From Cyanophora paradoxa CCMP329 (taxonomy: Eukaryota; Plantae; Glaucophyta): DNA of 64,000 nt. Shown here one piece after another: positions 12,511-24,800 of the stretch. The notes below the pieces were generated by a model. That model saw only the letters and a program-made list of their open reading frames with translations. It had not been told where the DNA came from and made no database searches. The DNA lies in NCBI GenBank assembly GCA_004431415.1, contig QPMI01000138.1, positions 159,907 to 223,906 of the forward strand, read 5' to 3'. Position numbers and translations under genes: made by a program. Every line of letters starts with the position of its first letter. Positions within the stretch are counted from its first letter, which is position 1.

Positions 12511-14147
12511 TTGAACTAAGCTTCCCGCTAGCGTTTCAGATTTGATCTGACGTTCCCCCTCAGGCGCGGGAGGCGGCGCTGCGGTGGCGGACGCGGCTGA
12601 CGGAGCGGCTGCTGCGGGCGATCCTCCCCGAGGCCATCATTCCCCGCCTCCTCGCCCGCCCGGGGCCCGTCGCCTCCTACATCCCCTCCGCCACCATCCT
12701 GTGCGCCCGCGCGCGCCCCCGCCCCGCCCTCGTACGCCCCGCTCTCCATCCGAGTCTGACCGGCGCCGCCCCCGGCCTCAGGTTCGCTGACATCGTGCGC
12801 CCCCGCGCCGCGCGGGGCTCCCGCCCCCGACCCCCGACCCCCGACCCCCGCCCCCCGCGCGCGCCAGGTCGGCTTCACGCGCCTCGCCGGCGAGGTCGAG
12901 GCCCCCGAGCTCGTCGAGGCGCGCGCGTAGCCCCGGCCTTCAGATCTCGGCTTCGGTCTCGAGTCCCGCGGCAGATGCTGGGCCTGCTCTTCGGGGTCTT
13001 CGACCGCCTCTGCGCCCACTTCCGCGTTGAAAAGATCAAGACGGCGCGCGCGCCCTCCCGCAGGCGGCAGCCCCAGGCCTCCTCCCTGATCACGAGAGGG
13101 GCGGGGCGGGGCGGGCAGATCGGGGACGCGTTTATGGCGGCGAGCGGGGTGCCGGAGCCCCGCGAGGACCACGCGGCGGCCGCCGTCGAGCTCGCGTGGT
13201 CCATGGCCGCCGCCCTCGACCACTTCAACGCCGTCCGCCCCGCCCGCCCCGCCCGCCCCCTTCGGCGCGGCCCGCTGAGGCCTGGGCCCAGGTGGGGCTC
13301 TGCGGGCGCCTGCCCCCCATCCGCATCCGCATCGGCCTCCACTCCGGCCCCGTCGTCGGCGGCGTCATCGTGCGCGCGCGTACCCCTAGCGCTAGCCCGC
13401 CCCAGGGCCGGGCCCTAGGCCTACGCCTCACCCTCCTGTGCCCCTGCCTCAGGGCGAGAGCAAGCTGCAGTACGACCTCTGGGGCGACACGGTACCCCTC
13501 CCCGTCCCCCGTGCTCTCTCGCCTCTCAAACGTCGGTACCCCGCCCCGCTCAGGTGAACATCGCGAGCCGCATGGAGAGCCACGGCGTCGCCGGCCGCAT
13601 CCAGGTGCGCCCCTTCCCCGCGCTCGTGCCCGTACCCCTCTCACTTCTCCCCCTCGAACTCAGGTCTCGGGGGCGACACGGGCGCTAGCCGGGGACGGGT
13701 TCGAGTGGGAGGCCCGCCCCGAGCCCGTCGCCATCAAGGCGCGCGTACCCCTACCCTCTATATCCATCCCTGCTCGTACCCCGCCCCACTCCTGATCGCT
13801 TGGGGACGGGGCAGGGGAAGGACGAGCCGGTGCAGACGTTCCTGCTGGCGGGGCGGCGGTCCGGGGCCGGGGTGGGGGGCCCCCCGCCCGCCCTCGATGT
13901 CGTCCCCTTCTTCGACACGTCCGCGCCCCCACCCGCTCCCCGCCCCGTCCCTGTACCCCTCGTACTAGCCTTGACTGGCGGGCGGGCGGGCGGGCGGGGC
14001 AGGGGGCGGTACCGGCCGGGGTCGATCGTGGAGATGTGCCGGGTGCCGCTGGACGGGGAGGGGCGGCCCCTCGGCATGCGCTACAGCGCCTCCTCCAGCT
14101 CCTTCCTCCCCCTCGAGCGCCCCGCCCCGCCCCCCGCCGGGCACTAG
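9845..14147 (+). CDS. GAF-domain class III nucleotidyl (adenylyl-type) cyclase
   Basis: GAF: [82 protein letters not shown]. Cyclase: TILFADIVGFT, VEKIKT|IGDAFMAASG, IRIGLHSGPVVGGVI, QYDLWGDTVNIASRMES. The K and D specificity residues are adenylyl-type. Start codon uncertain. Confidence 0.9.
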
Positions 14148-15084
14148 CATCGGCACGTAGTCAATCGCGATCGGTAGTTAATGAACTAGTAATTAGAACG
14201 ATCTCGGCACCCTGCATGGTCCCGGTACCTGTCTACCGATATCGATTATGATTGCTGCACTTCGAATTCAAACTCATGATCATATATAGAAATATTAATA
14301 TGCATATGATCATGATCAACACCTAAATGCATATGCATATGTACACAGACTCTCCGATTCTGACAGGCAGATCTAGCTATAGAGGCTCGAGCTCGGATCT
14401 AGAGCCTCGGAGATATATATGCAGCTGCCAATGTACATATGCATTGCTGCTTGAATAATTGAATTTGCCAACGATACTTACTCTACTAGGCTACACAGTA
14501 CGAGCTCTAGATCTTACAGATACACGTACTGTCACGCTGCGAAATTTTACACTGCCACGCTGCGAAATTTTACACGTACGCTGAAATAAGCTTTAAGGAT
14601 AATAACATATCATAATAAAGCTGGTACTTCATGCTGATTCATGAAGATAAGGTGTCACGGTGCAGCTGCTGCATGCGCAGCGTGCGCTGCATCGATATCG
14701 CATATTTATACGTACGTATACGCGATGTTCATGAATCAAGGAATTGAAATCATGAATGAGAATCGACATGTACAGTCGATGATCAAGGATCGACCTGCCC
14801 ATGTGAAAACTAGTACTATTACTGTTTCCTGTCCATTAAAGGTTACTAAGAGTACTGCAGCGAACTAAAAGCGCTAGCGTTGCGAAAAGAAGAAATTAAA
14901 GAAGAAAAGAAACGAATGAAGGAAAGAAGCTTTAAGGCAGACGCCGACAGATCATGAAATTGCTCTAGATCTACACCAAGCACTATCCAGAACCATCGCA
15001 ATGGTAATGCATATGGTATTGCCTCTGGATCTCCGGTCCGGGCGTTGGGCCGCGGTGCGGCTGGACATGTACACATGTACATCG

Positions 15085-17481
15085 CTACGCGCACATGTGC
15101 GCCTCCTCGTCGCCGGCGCTGAGGGCGCGGCGGATGCGGAGGAGGCGCCCCATGCGGTTGTTCAGCGCGAAGCGGCGCAGCGCCATGGGGCCCTCGCCGC
15201 CGCCGCCGCCCTCCGCCCCGCCCCGCGGCGCCTCGCGGTCGCCGGCCCCGGGCCCGCACCCGCACCCCGATGCTCCTTTGCGCCCCCGCGATTTCCGTTC
15301 GAGTCCGCCCTCCGGATCCTTCCCCTCGAGATCCGATCCCGAGTCTGCCATGCCCTCGCATCAGATCTAGAGAGGCCGGCGGAAGCTTAAGGGCGCGGGC
15401 GGGGCGGGGCGGACCGGAGGAGGCGGCGCGGCGGCGCTCGAGGGCCTCGGCGGCGAGGGCGCTGAGGAGCTGGAGCACCTCGTTGCCCTGCGAGCTGCAG
15501 CAGCCGACCTTGACGTCTGCCCGCCCCCCCGCCCAAGCCAGTCAGCTCGGGCTCGCGAATTTGGAGCCCTCGCCTCCGCAATCGCAGCCCAAAGAGTCCG
15601 GCGCGCACCGAACCAAGGCTTGATGGAGGCGGCCGGGCGGAAGCGCGCGGCCGGGCCTCCGGACGGGGCGGGCGACGCGTACGGCGAGGGGCGCGGGGCG
15701 GGGCGGACGACGAGGGCGGCGAGGCAGGCGAGGAAGACGGTCTCGAGGTCGTCGAGGAGGCCGGCCTCGGCGGCGAGCAGGCGCATCCCGACGGCGATCT
15801 TGCGCTCGGCGACGTCCAGCGCCCAGTTGCGGGCGACCTGCACCAGCGCACGCTCGAAGTCCGCCCGCGCCATGAACGGACGCCCCTGCGAGTCCGCCGC
15901 CTGCGACCCGTCGCCAACGTTAACGTTCACGCCGCCGCCTCAGGCCTCGAGATCGACTTTCGGGGAGGCGGGGTCGAAATCGACGTCGATTTCGGAGGGG
16001 CGCACCCAGTTCTGCTTCGCGAGGGCGCGGCCGCCGCCCAGATCCCACGGGGTGCCGTCGGGGCAGAGGGCCCGGTGGAGGCACCTGCCGGCGATCGCGA
16101 TGGGGAGTGAGGACGGGGCGGGCCACGGGGTCTACATCTTGCGCTCGGGATTCAAAAACAAAGAGCGAGCGCACAGGTGAAAGAGCTGCGGGGTGATCAC
16201 GACGCCCGCGATGCGTTCGGGACGGTGAGCGGGGCCGACGGGCGGGGCGGGGGCGGCGCGGGCCGGGCCGCGGGGGTGGGCACCTCGTAGTTGGAGTAGT
16301 CGAGGCGGACCGGCGCGGCCTCGCGATCCGAGTCGGGACCGCAGCTCGAAGAGGAGGGGCTCGCCGACGCGGCCGCCGGCATCCCCGGCGGCCGGCCGCC
16401 CGCCCGAGGCGGGCAGAAGTAGGGGCCCGCGCCGCTCGGCTTGCAAAAATTGTGGTGGGAGCTCGAGGGCCCGGGGGGGAGGATCCGGAGGCTGCCCGAC
16501 GAGGAGGAAGAGGAGGAGAAAGAAGCGGAGGAGGAATTGGAGGCGGCGTCGACGTCGTCGCCGTCGTCGACCACCGACGCGAGCATTGCGCATGCGTTCC
16601 ACAGCTGCGCGCCGGCACTCCGCGTCAGATCCGAGTGCACTCCGCGGAACCAATTGCAATCCGCCATCCATCGAATCAGGTGGGGGACAGCGCGTTGCGA
16701 GGGCATGGAGCTCGAGAAGGGGCGGGCCCTCGGAGGTCAAGGCCTATAGCTATTTTGAGTGCAACTTTGGCAGGCCTAGGGCGCCCGTTTGATCTTCGTA
16801 AAAGTTCTAGTGCGGGGTGGCATGGCACGAGCGGGGGTCGTAGAGGCGAGCACCTTGCCGATGATGTCGGAGGCGGAGGGCGGCGCGTCGGCGGAGTCGG
16901 CCATGGAGCCCGTGCTGCCGCGGCGGTGCGCGAGGCGGTCGGGCCTCGGAGGCCCGCAGCCGTCCTTCTCCGCGCGCCGGTTCGAGGTGCCGGTGCTGGT
17001 CAGCTCCCTTAGATCCAGGCACGACCGCGCCCCGCGCACATGCGCGATTCGCGACAGCTGCGACGAGCTGGACGCCAACCGGGCGCGCGAGCCTTGAAAT
17101 TCGCTGGAATTCTCCTTCTCCGCCTCCGCCTCAAAATCTCGGGGCGAGCTCCATTGGGTCGCAGCTGCAGCACGGCCGTTTGAATTCGCGCCGGCGCCGG
17201 CCGAAAGCGACTGCAGCTGCGCGACGGGGTCGGCCGCGGGAGCGACGCCAGCAACGGCGCCGGCCTTGGAATTGACGCCAGCGGCAGCCGTTGCCGCGTT
17301 GATGGGCGGGAGGGAGATTGCGCGCAGCCGCTGTAGCTGCGCCGTCGCCCGCGCGTGAAGCTCGCGGATCTCCACCGGTACCGCATCCACCAACTCGACT
17401 TCCTGCGCCGCATGCCCGCGTCAAATTCAAGACGGGCCACAAAAGTTCAAGGGCCTGCTTTCGGAAGAGCCTCATGATCAT
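15085..17481 (-). CDS. Hypothetical protein (multi-exon)
   Basis: Long open exons bounded by GT/GC-AG introns (MIMRLFRKQ|EVELVDAVP...; ...ALAKQNW|AADSQGRPFMARADFERALVQVARNW...). No recognised domain. Confidence 0.5.
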
Positions 17482-18860
17482 AAATGTAAGTGAACAAATT
17501 TAAAGCCCGCGGCCGCGCGGCCGCGGCCGTCGAAATAGGCATCGAGTCAGAAAAGAATTTGTCGTCGCAAGAAGCGAACTATTTCAAGAAAGGCGTGGAA
17601 TGGCCGACGTCGCAGGCAGAAATCAGACGCGCGCACGATTTTGACGGGCCCGCGGGCTGCCATGGGTGACTCGCATGCGGGAATAACCGTCGATGATGCC
17701 GCCGCGCTCGCCGATCGCGAGGCGCGTGGTTCGCAATCTCCAATGCGAGGAGCACGTGCACCCGCGGCGCCGGCCAGTCGATTGCTGAGTGCTCGAGCGA
17801 TCAGCTGCAACAAACGCGCCGCCGGCGCAGTTTTTCAGCTTTCAGCTGCTCCGGAGCTAAGAAGGCGCGCCAGGCGGCCGCCGGCCGGCGACCGCGAGCG
17901 CCTCCAGGTCTAGATAACAAACTTTCAAAGCCCATGGCCCAGTGGCCAGCGCGGACCGTGCAATCCTCTAAATCAGCAAGACCAAAATGGCAGCCCTCAC
18001 CGCCGTAACGCAGTCTGGATAATGAGCAGACGCTCGACTTTCGGCTCCGCCTGAATTCTGTAAGCTCCGCCTGCGGGCCGCACGGTGTCGTGTCTCGCCT
18101 GAATTCGGCGATATCCGATGAGCCGCGGCCGCGCGGTGTCGTCTCTTCCGCAACTTAGCAAGCCGCGGCCTGGCTAGCGCATGCGGGCAAGCCTTGACTC
18201 GGTGATGATACTTTGAAAATTCGCAAGCCTGAAGGCTCGCAGCTGCAGCCGCTGAGTCGCAGGCCTAGGCTACTAGTATGTAGCTAGCAAACTAGCATAG
18301 TGCTCTACAGATAGTCGAGGCGGCAACTGCGGCGGCCGGCCGCGGCTCCTTGCTCCAACTTGCCGCGGATTTGGTTTGTATGGCGCGAAGATCCGCCGGT
18401 CCTAAAAACTCGTAGCGGCAGGCTGCAGCGGCCTGCCAGGCCTGCAGGCTGCAGCCTGCAGCTGGGCCTGAGCTGGCAGCTGCAGCAGGGCCAGTGCGCA
18501 TGCAGCACTGTGCAGGCTGCAGCGCTAGGCTACCGGTAGCGTCCTGCCCGGCCACTGGCTGCCAGGCTGCTCGAGGCTGCAGGCTGCAGCTGGCTGCTCC
18601 CTCGTTTGATTGCGGTACCCCATGACCGGGGGAACTGTTATTGGTAGAAGCGGATCGGAACCTGCAGCTGATCATGAAAACGCACTTACCAATGAATTAC
18701 CACACTTGTGCGTCATACGTGCACGCGCCGCGTACGAGTAAGTACACGTCGACGTGCGTGAACGTTTCATACGCGTACGTAAAATTAAACTTGCATGAAA
18801 CCTATTACGGTAAAAGCTAGCTATTACGGTAAAGCGTTTTAACCGCGGCGCAAGTTCCTA

Positions 18861-19104
18861 CTGTAAAACATGAAATCTCCGGCGGCACTTAATATTCGCC
18901 ACTAATTCGACATGGCCTCGCGGCGCCGAATATTTGAAACTGCCAAAATTGTGAAGATGTATGGCAGAACAGGGATCAATGTACCCGCCACCTAGGCGGA
19001 TTCGCTGTGTTGCCGAAAATGATGCCGACGAACCACAATTTCAGCGCATTTTTCTGGTTTTGACGAAATAAAGTCACGCTGGATATATATTGCATGTTTT
19101 ACAG
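18861..19104. mobile_element. MITE-like element with TIRs and TA flanks (Tc1/mariner-type signature)
   Basis: TA|CTGTAAAACATG at 18859-18872 and CATGTTTTACAG|TA at 19093-19106; 244 bp, non-coding. Confidence 0.55.
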
Positions 19105-19801
19105 TAGTATAATTTCGTACCGGCCGCACTGCGCCGCCGCGGGCGGCGGGCGGTTCGATTCATGATCAGCGCGCGCTGTCGCGATCGTGCAGCGACGTGC
19201 ACGTACGTGGCGCCTGATGATAAAGGCCCTTCAACACGATTGGCCCTCAAGTGTTTTTAGCATGCGCATGAAAACCAGTGAGAATCCACCGTTTGCCTTG
19301 AAGACGAGAGTGCTTCTCGTCGACGCGAACACACTTCAACATGTACACAGTCCCCGCCGAGTCGGCGCCGACGTCGAGTCGTCGACTCCCCGGACTACAC
19401 ACGTGCAGCGTCGTGCACTTATATTAGGGTTCAACGGTTGCCGAATTTCGGAAATTCGGATTTTCGGCACACGCGCGCGCCTGTTCTAGTCCGGCGGAAG
19501 CTTAAGTTCCCCTCCGCAACTTCGAGGAGTTCCGGAACTTGGGACCGGAAGTTCCGGAACTTCAAGGCTTTCGGCCGGGATCCGGAGTTTGGAGAACCGT
19601 TGAACTTTAATTTGGACGTCGACCCGGGGTCCCGGACTCGACGGTCTCGACCGTCCGTGATCATGACGGTCCGTCGAACTTTAATTATATAAGTTCAACT
19701 TGTTCAAGGCTAGCGCTACTACTGCTGCAGCAGTGCTGCTGCGCTAGCTAGTCACAGCGAACACTTAAGCTTTCGAATTTCGAATCCGAAGCTTTACTAA
19801 G

Positions 19802-19975
19802 TTTTTTTTTTTTTTTAGATCTACGGTGGGCGTGCCCACTCGTAGTACACAACGAGGATACAAGTCACGGTATCGGGAATCACAGGGATTCGAAGTACAA
19901 CGTAGCGGAAACAGCAGGAACCGAACCCGGGAATCCGGGAGGTCGTAGCACGACCTTATACCACTGCGCTAAAAG
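19802..19975 (-). mobile_element. tRNA-derived SINE-like element (family A)
   Basis: On the minus strand: A-box TAGCGCAGTGG, B-box-like GGTTCGGTTCC, then a unique body ending in a 15-nt poly(A) (poly-T 19802-19816 on +). Confidence 0.6.
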
Positions 19976-20182
19976 TTTTTTTTTTTTTGGTGAATTACCG
20001 GCCACAGCCTCTAGTCTACTCCAGCACTGTGGGGGCGTGTACAGGCAAGGTGGGGCATGATCGATCGGAATTATGTGGAACGGGCGGGATTTGAAGGCGT
20101 GATTCTCATCGCAGGGCGATTCGAACACGGAAGGCATGCATCGGAAAGCGTGTATGATAACCACACCGCTATGAGCGGGGGC
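19976..20182 (-). mobile_element. tRNA-derived SINE-like element (family B, copy 1)
   Basis: Reverse-complement near-copy of 20256-20451, with poly(A) tail. Flanked by imperfect repeat GCTAAAAGTT / GCTAAAAAAGTT. Confidence 0.65.
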
Positions 20183-20255
20183 TAAAAAAGTTAAGAATTC
20201 GAATTCAAACTGAATATTAATATATTCATGGGGCCATCCTTCATGACTTCGGAAC

Positions 20256-20451
20256 TCATAGCGGTGTGGTTATCATACACGCTGTCTAATTCATGCCTTC
20301 CGTGTTCGAATCGCCCTGCGATGAGAATCACGCCTTCGAATCCCGCCCGCTCCACATAATTCCGATCGATCATGTCCCACCTTGCCTGTATACGCCCCCG
20401 CAGTGCTGGAGTAGACTAGAGGCTGTGGCCGGTAATTCACCAAAAAAAAAA
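20256..20451 (+). mobile_element. tRNA-derived SINE-like element (family B, copy 2)
   Basis: A-box-like TAGCGGTGTGG, B-box GTTCGAATC, poly(A) tail. Target-site duplication ATGACTTCGGAAC(T) at 20243 and 20451. Confidence 0.75.
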
Positions 20452-21879
20452 TGACTTCGGAACTTCGGAAGAACAGCCGTTTCTTAGTTCTAGACTTCTA
20501 GTGAAAGAACAGCTATCGCTATACGGTTGCTACCGGTAGTTCTAGTGCACATGCTGCAGCTGTGTCCTTTAGCCTAGTTAGCTCTAGTACGTATATACAT
20601 ATATAGTGCTACTTCCGAGTTATTCTCGTGCTCGTTCTCCTTATCTCTTGAGTTCTCGCGATTGTGTCCCTCGTCGTGATCCCTAGCTCTTATGGATATG
20701 TTTTGCGATCTCGATTGCCTACGACTTCTTTGATTTGTGATTGCTTTAATTTGTCGATTTTCAATTTTTCTACCTACGGGGGGTTCGCCCTTAAGGCCTT
20801 CCGTAGTCTCTCAAAAAAATTCAAAAAGGCTTCAATTCTTGAATTGCTCAACCGAACAAACATGATTTTGAAACATGCCTTCATCGTGATGATCAAAAAA
20901 ATACGATGATCGGCATTCCGAAGTTCGCAATCAATTGCAAATCCGGAAATTAAGCCCCCTTGCCTCAAACAAACAACTAGGCCCCCATCTGCAGTTCTAA
21001 TTGCAAGCTTATAATTAAGTTATAATCCAAACAACTTCAAGCTTGCAAGTTGGCATCAATGTTGTTGGCAAGTGAGTCCCTTAACCCGCGGCCGGTCCCT
21101 GTCGACGTCGGACCCTGCAGAGAGACTTTGGGGAGAAAGGGGGCCCGGCGGCCTTCAACTTATGCCGCCTTGTGCCGCCTGCGGCCTTCAGCTTACGCAC
21201 GTGCGCATGCACGTGCTCAGGATCCGCCCGCCGGCGCGGCCGCAGCTCGACCGGGTACCGTCGGACCGCGGCCGAGTAAACGAGCGCTTCGCCTATCTAG
21301 CTTCCTGCTGCGAGTCCTGCGCGATATATATACCGCCGGTCGGGCATCTCCATGCCTGTCCTCGGTATCTCAGACTCTTTCTTATTTTCTTATTGACTTT
21401 CTCTACGGTACGCAACGAAATCGATATCATAGTATCGCTCAGGGCGCTGCACGGCGCTCAGATCGCGAGTTTCCGGCTGGCAAATTTTCACGTGGGCGCG
21501 CACAGTTACTGCTCGAGGGCGTGCGTTATATCGGCACCGAGGCGTGCCGCCGTGATCCCCTTGCTCATATGCACCCGGGACCCGTGAAATATTTTGGATC
21601 ACGGCTTTTTGGACTTCGGATCTGAAGTGCACCATATCCATCGCAAAGGCCCAGGCTAAGGGCCCTTCCTTACTCCGGCCCACCGGATCCAGGCCAACTT
21701 GCATTATCTGCCGCGCGACATCGAAGCCTCTTTTTGTTTTGAAACATCTGCTCACTGCCATTGCAAGCACACGAGCACGCAGCGCGAAAGCTGCATCCAG
21801 AGAGGGGCCCGGGGCGCGGGGCGCGGGGCGCGGGGCGCGGGGCGCGGGGCGCCGGCGGGCGCTGCCGGGGCCGGGCCGG

Positions 21880-24800
21880 CTAGTGCTTGTACTTCTTGCG
21901 GCGGCGCATGGTGTCGATGTGCTTGCGCTTGGAGGCCTCCTTGTCGCGCATGGAGCGGACCTTCTTGTGCTTGACGGAGCGGGACTGCCGGATCATCGCG
22001 TACGCCTTGGTCTTCTTCTTCTCCTCGTTCGACAGGCTCGCCCCCTCCGCCTTCTTCCGCCGCTTGCCACCAAACTTCTCCCGCCCCTCCCGCCCCGCCT
22101 GCCGCCCGCCGTGAGCGCCGGCGGCCCCGGGGCGCGGCGGGGCGGGGCGGGGGGTACGGGCGCACGTTGACGCTGGCCATGCGCTCCTCGAGCTCGCGGC
22201 GCTTGCGTTTCCTGTACCCCTCCAGGTCCCCGGCCTCGAGTACCTCCTCGTAGTCGACCCCGCGCGCCGCCGGCGCCTCCTCCGTGCTGCGGGGCGGTGG
22301 GAGGGTCGGCGGGGGTACACTGCACCCAAGGAGGGGGGTACGCCTCCTCCACGCACTCGGCGGAGGCGATGGCGTTGAGCTTCTTGCGGGAGTTGCCGGC
22401 GGCCTTCTCGAGCGCCGCCCGCGCCTTCAGCTGCCGCAGCCGCTCGAAGTCCTCTTGGTCCAGGATCTGGCCGGGGCGGGGGGGTCAGGCCGGGGGGCAG
22501 GGCATAGGAGGGTGGGGAGAAATCGGACCCGGACGGAGTCGAGACGGGGGCCGGAGGGCGTGGAGGAGGCGGAGGCGGGGGCGCCGGGGGCGGCCGCCCC
22601 CTTGGCCGCCGCCGCCGCCTCGCGCTTGGCCTTGAAGCGCGCCAGCCGCAGCGCTCGCTTCCGCTCCTGCCGCCTCTCCTTCTTGCTCCGCGCCGCCGCC
22701 CCGGCCGCCGGCCGCACGTCGTCGTCGTCGTCCTCCTCCTCCTCCTCTTCCTCCTCTTCCTCCTCCTCCTCCCCGCCGGACCCGCTGCCGCTGGCCTCCC
22801 CGCCGCTCTCGGCCCCCTCCTCCTCCTCCTCCTCCTCGTCCTCCTCCCCCCCCTGGCCCTCGCCTTCGCTGCTGCTGCTGCTCCCGTCGCTGCGCCCGCC
22901 CCGCGCGCGTCGGCACCCGGCCCTACCCTCCCCCTGGACACCGGTACCCCCGCACCTGACGCGGATGGCCTTCTTCCCCCCCACCTCCTCGTCGGAGACG
23001 TCTACCCAGCTGCCGCCCTCCTCCTCCCCCTCCTCCTCCTCCTCCTCCTTGTCCTCGCTGTCCAGGCTCGCGCTCTCCCACCTGCCGCCCGCCCGCGTCT
23101 GCCGGAGCCAGAGGCGCCCCCCTCGAGGCGCGCACCCGTCCTCCTCCCCGCCGCTGCCCTCCTCCTCGTCCTCCTCCTCCTCCTCGTCCTCGGTGGAGAG
23201 GCCCTGCTCCTTGCGGGCGGCGCGGCGGGCCTCCTTCTCCGCGCGGCGCTGCTCGCGGGCCTCCTCGCGCTGCCGGCGCGCCTCCTCCCGCTTCTTCAGG
23301 TCCTCCTCCAGCAGCTCCAGGCCCTCTACCGCCTCCGCCGCCCGCTGCTGCCCGAACTGCAGCGGCGCCTTGCTCATGTCCGCCGTCCGCCCCTGCCGGC
23401 CCGACACCCCCGCCCGCTCAGCCCCGCCCGAGGCTCCGCCCGACGGCGCGGCGGGGCGGGGCGCACGCGGTCGCGCTTGGCGAGGAGGTGCGGGTTGGCC
23501 TCACGGAAGGTCGCGATGAGCGAGCGCGCCGCCATCACCACGCCCTTGTCCCGCGCCGTCTTGTACTGCGACAGGTCCTGCCCGCCCCCGCGTGAGCCGC
23601 GGAGGGGGGTAGTGGGGGGTAAGGATGGCGGGGGGTACCTGGAGGAGGGTCTCGTTCATGACGAGGGGCATGCGGGCGCAGATCTCGCGGATCGTGTTCA
23701 GGCTGCCGGGGTACGTGGGCGAGGTGAGGGGTACGCAATCGAGACGCGGGGCGGGGTACGACCGCACCCGACGACGACCGCCTCGTCGGCGCAGCGGTCG
23801 GAGACAAAGTTGTCGACGATCGTCTGCGGGGTAAGGGCCGGCGTCAGGCGGGGTACAGAGCGGAGCAGGCGGCTGAGTACACTAGGAGGAAACTAGGAAA
23901 CTGTCGGTGTATGATAAGTCACACGCTGCCCCACCGAACAGGGGCGCGTGCGTGCCATACGGCCGTTCCCTCTGCCCTCGTTGGAAATAAGAGGGGGGCG
24001 CCGCGCGGGCGACCCGCCCCTCCACAATTCGAGGGCGCAGCTAAGACCCAAGCCCGCTTAAGAGCCTATGAACGGAATGTCGGTGTATGATAAGTCACAC
24101 GCTGCCCCACCGAGCAGGGGCGCGTGCGTGCCATACGGCCGTTCCCTCTGCCCTCGTTGGAAATAAGAGGGGGGCGCCGCGCGGGCGACCCGCCCCTCCA
24201 CAATTCGAGGGCGCAGCTAAGACCTAAGCCCGCTTAAGAGCCTATGAACGGAATGTCGGTGTATGATAAGTCACACGCTGCCCCACCGAGCAGGGGCGCG
24301 TGCGTGCCATACGGCCGTTCCCTCTGCCCTCGTTGGAAATAAGAGGGGGGCGCCGCGCGGGCGACCCGCCCCTCCACAATTCGAGGGCGCAGCTAAGACC
24401 TAAGCCCGCTTAAGAGCCTATGAACGGAATGTCGGTGTATGATAAGTCACACGCTGCCCCACCGAGCAGGGGCGCGTGCGTGCCATACGGCCGTTCCCTC
24501 TGCCCTCGTTGGAAAAAAGAGGGGGGCGCCGCGCGGGCGACCCGCCCCTCCACAATTCGAGGGCGCAGCTAAGACCTAAGCCCGCTTAAGAGCCTATGAA
24601 CGGAATGTCGGTGTATGATAAGTCACACGCTGCCCCACCGAGCAGGGGCGCGTGCGTGCCATACGGCCGTTCCCTCTGCCCTCGTTGGAAAAAAGAGGGG
24701 GGCGCCGCGGGGGCGACCCGCCCCTCCACAATTCGAGGGTGCGGAAAATGCTCTACCCCGGCTAGCTCACAGAGCCCCGGGCGGACCTTGACGAGAGGCT

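Noticed and set aside
2745-14147. Bacterial operon, contamination or recent HGT (RelA/SpoT, CA, cyclase)
   Set aside because: All three genes are full of host-style spliceosomal introns, and RSH has a transit peptide.
15935-15945. In-frame TGA suggesting selenocysteine or readthrough
   Set aside because: Falls in a predicted GT-AG intron and is part of the CTGAG branch-like motif.
19900-20451. Functional tRNA genes
   Set aside because: A/B boxes are present, but I could not build a full cloverleaf; poly(A) tails and TSDs indicate retroposed elements.
21050-21770. ORFs in the region downstream of SDA1
   Set aside because: No ATG-led motif-bearing frame, atypical codon usage and no clear splice pattern.
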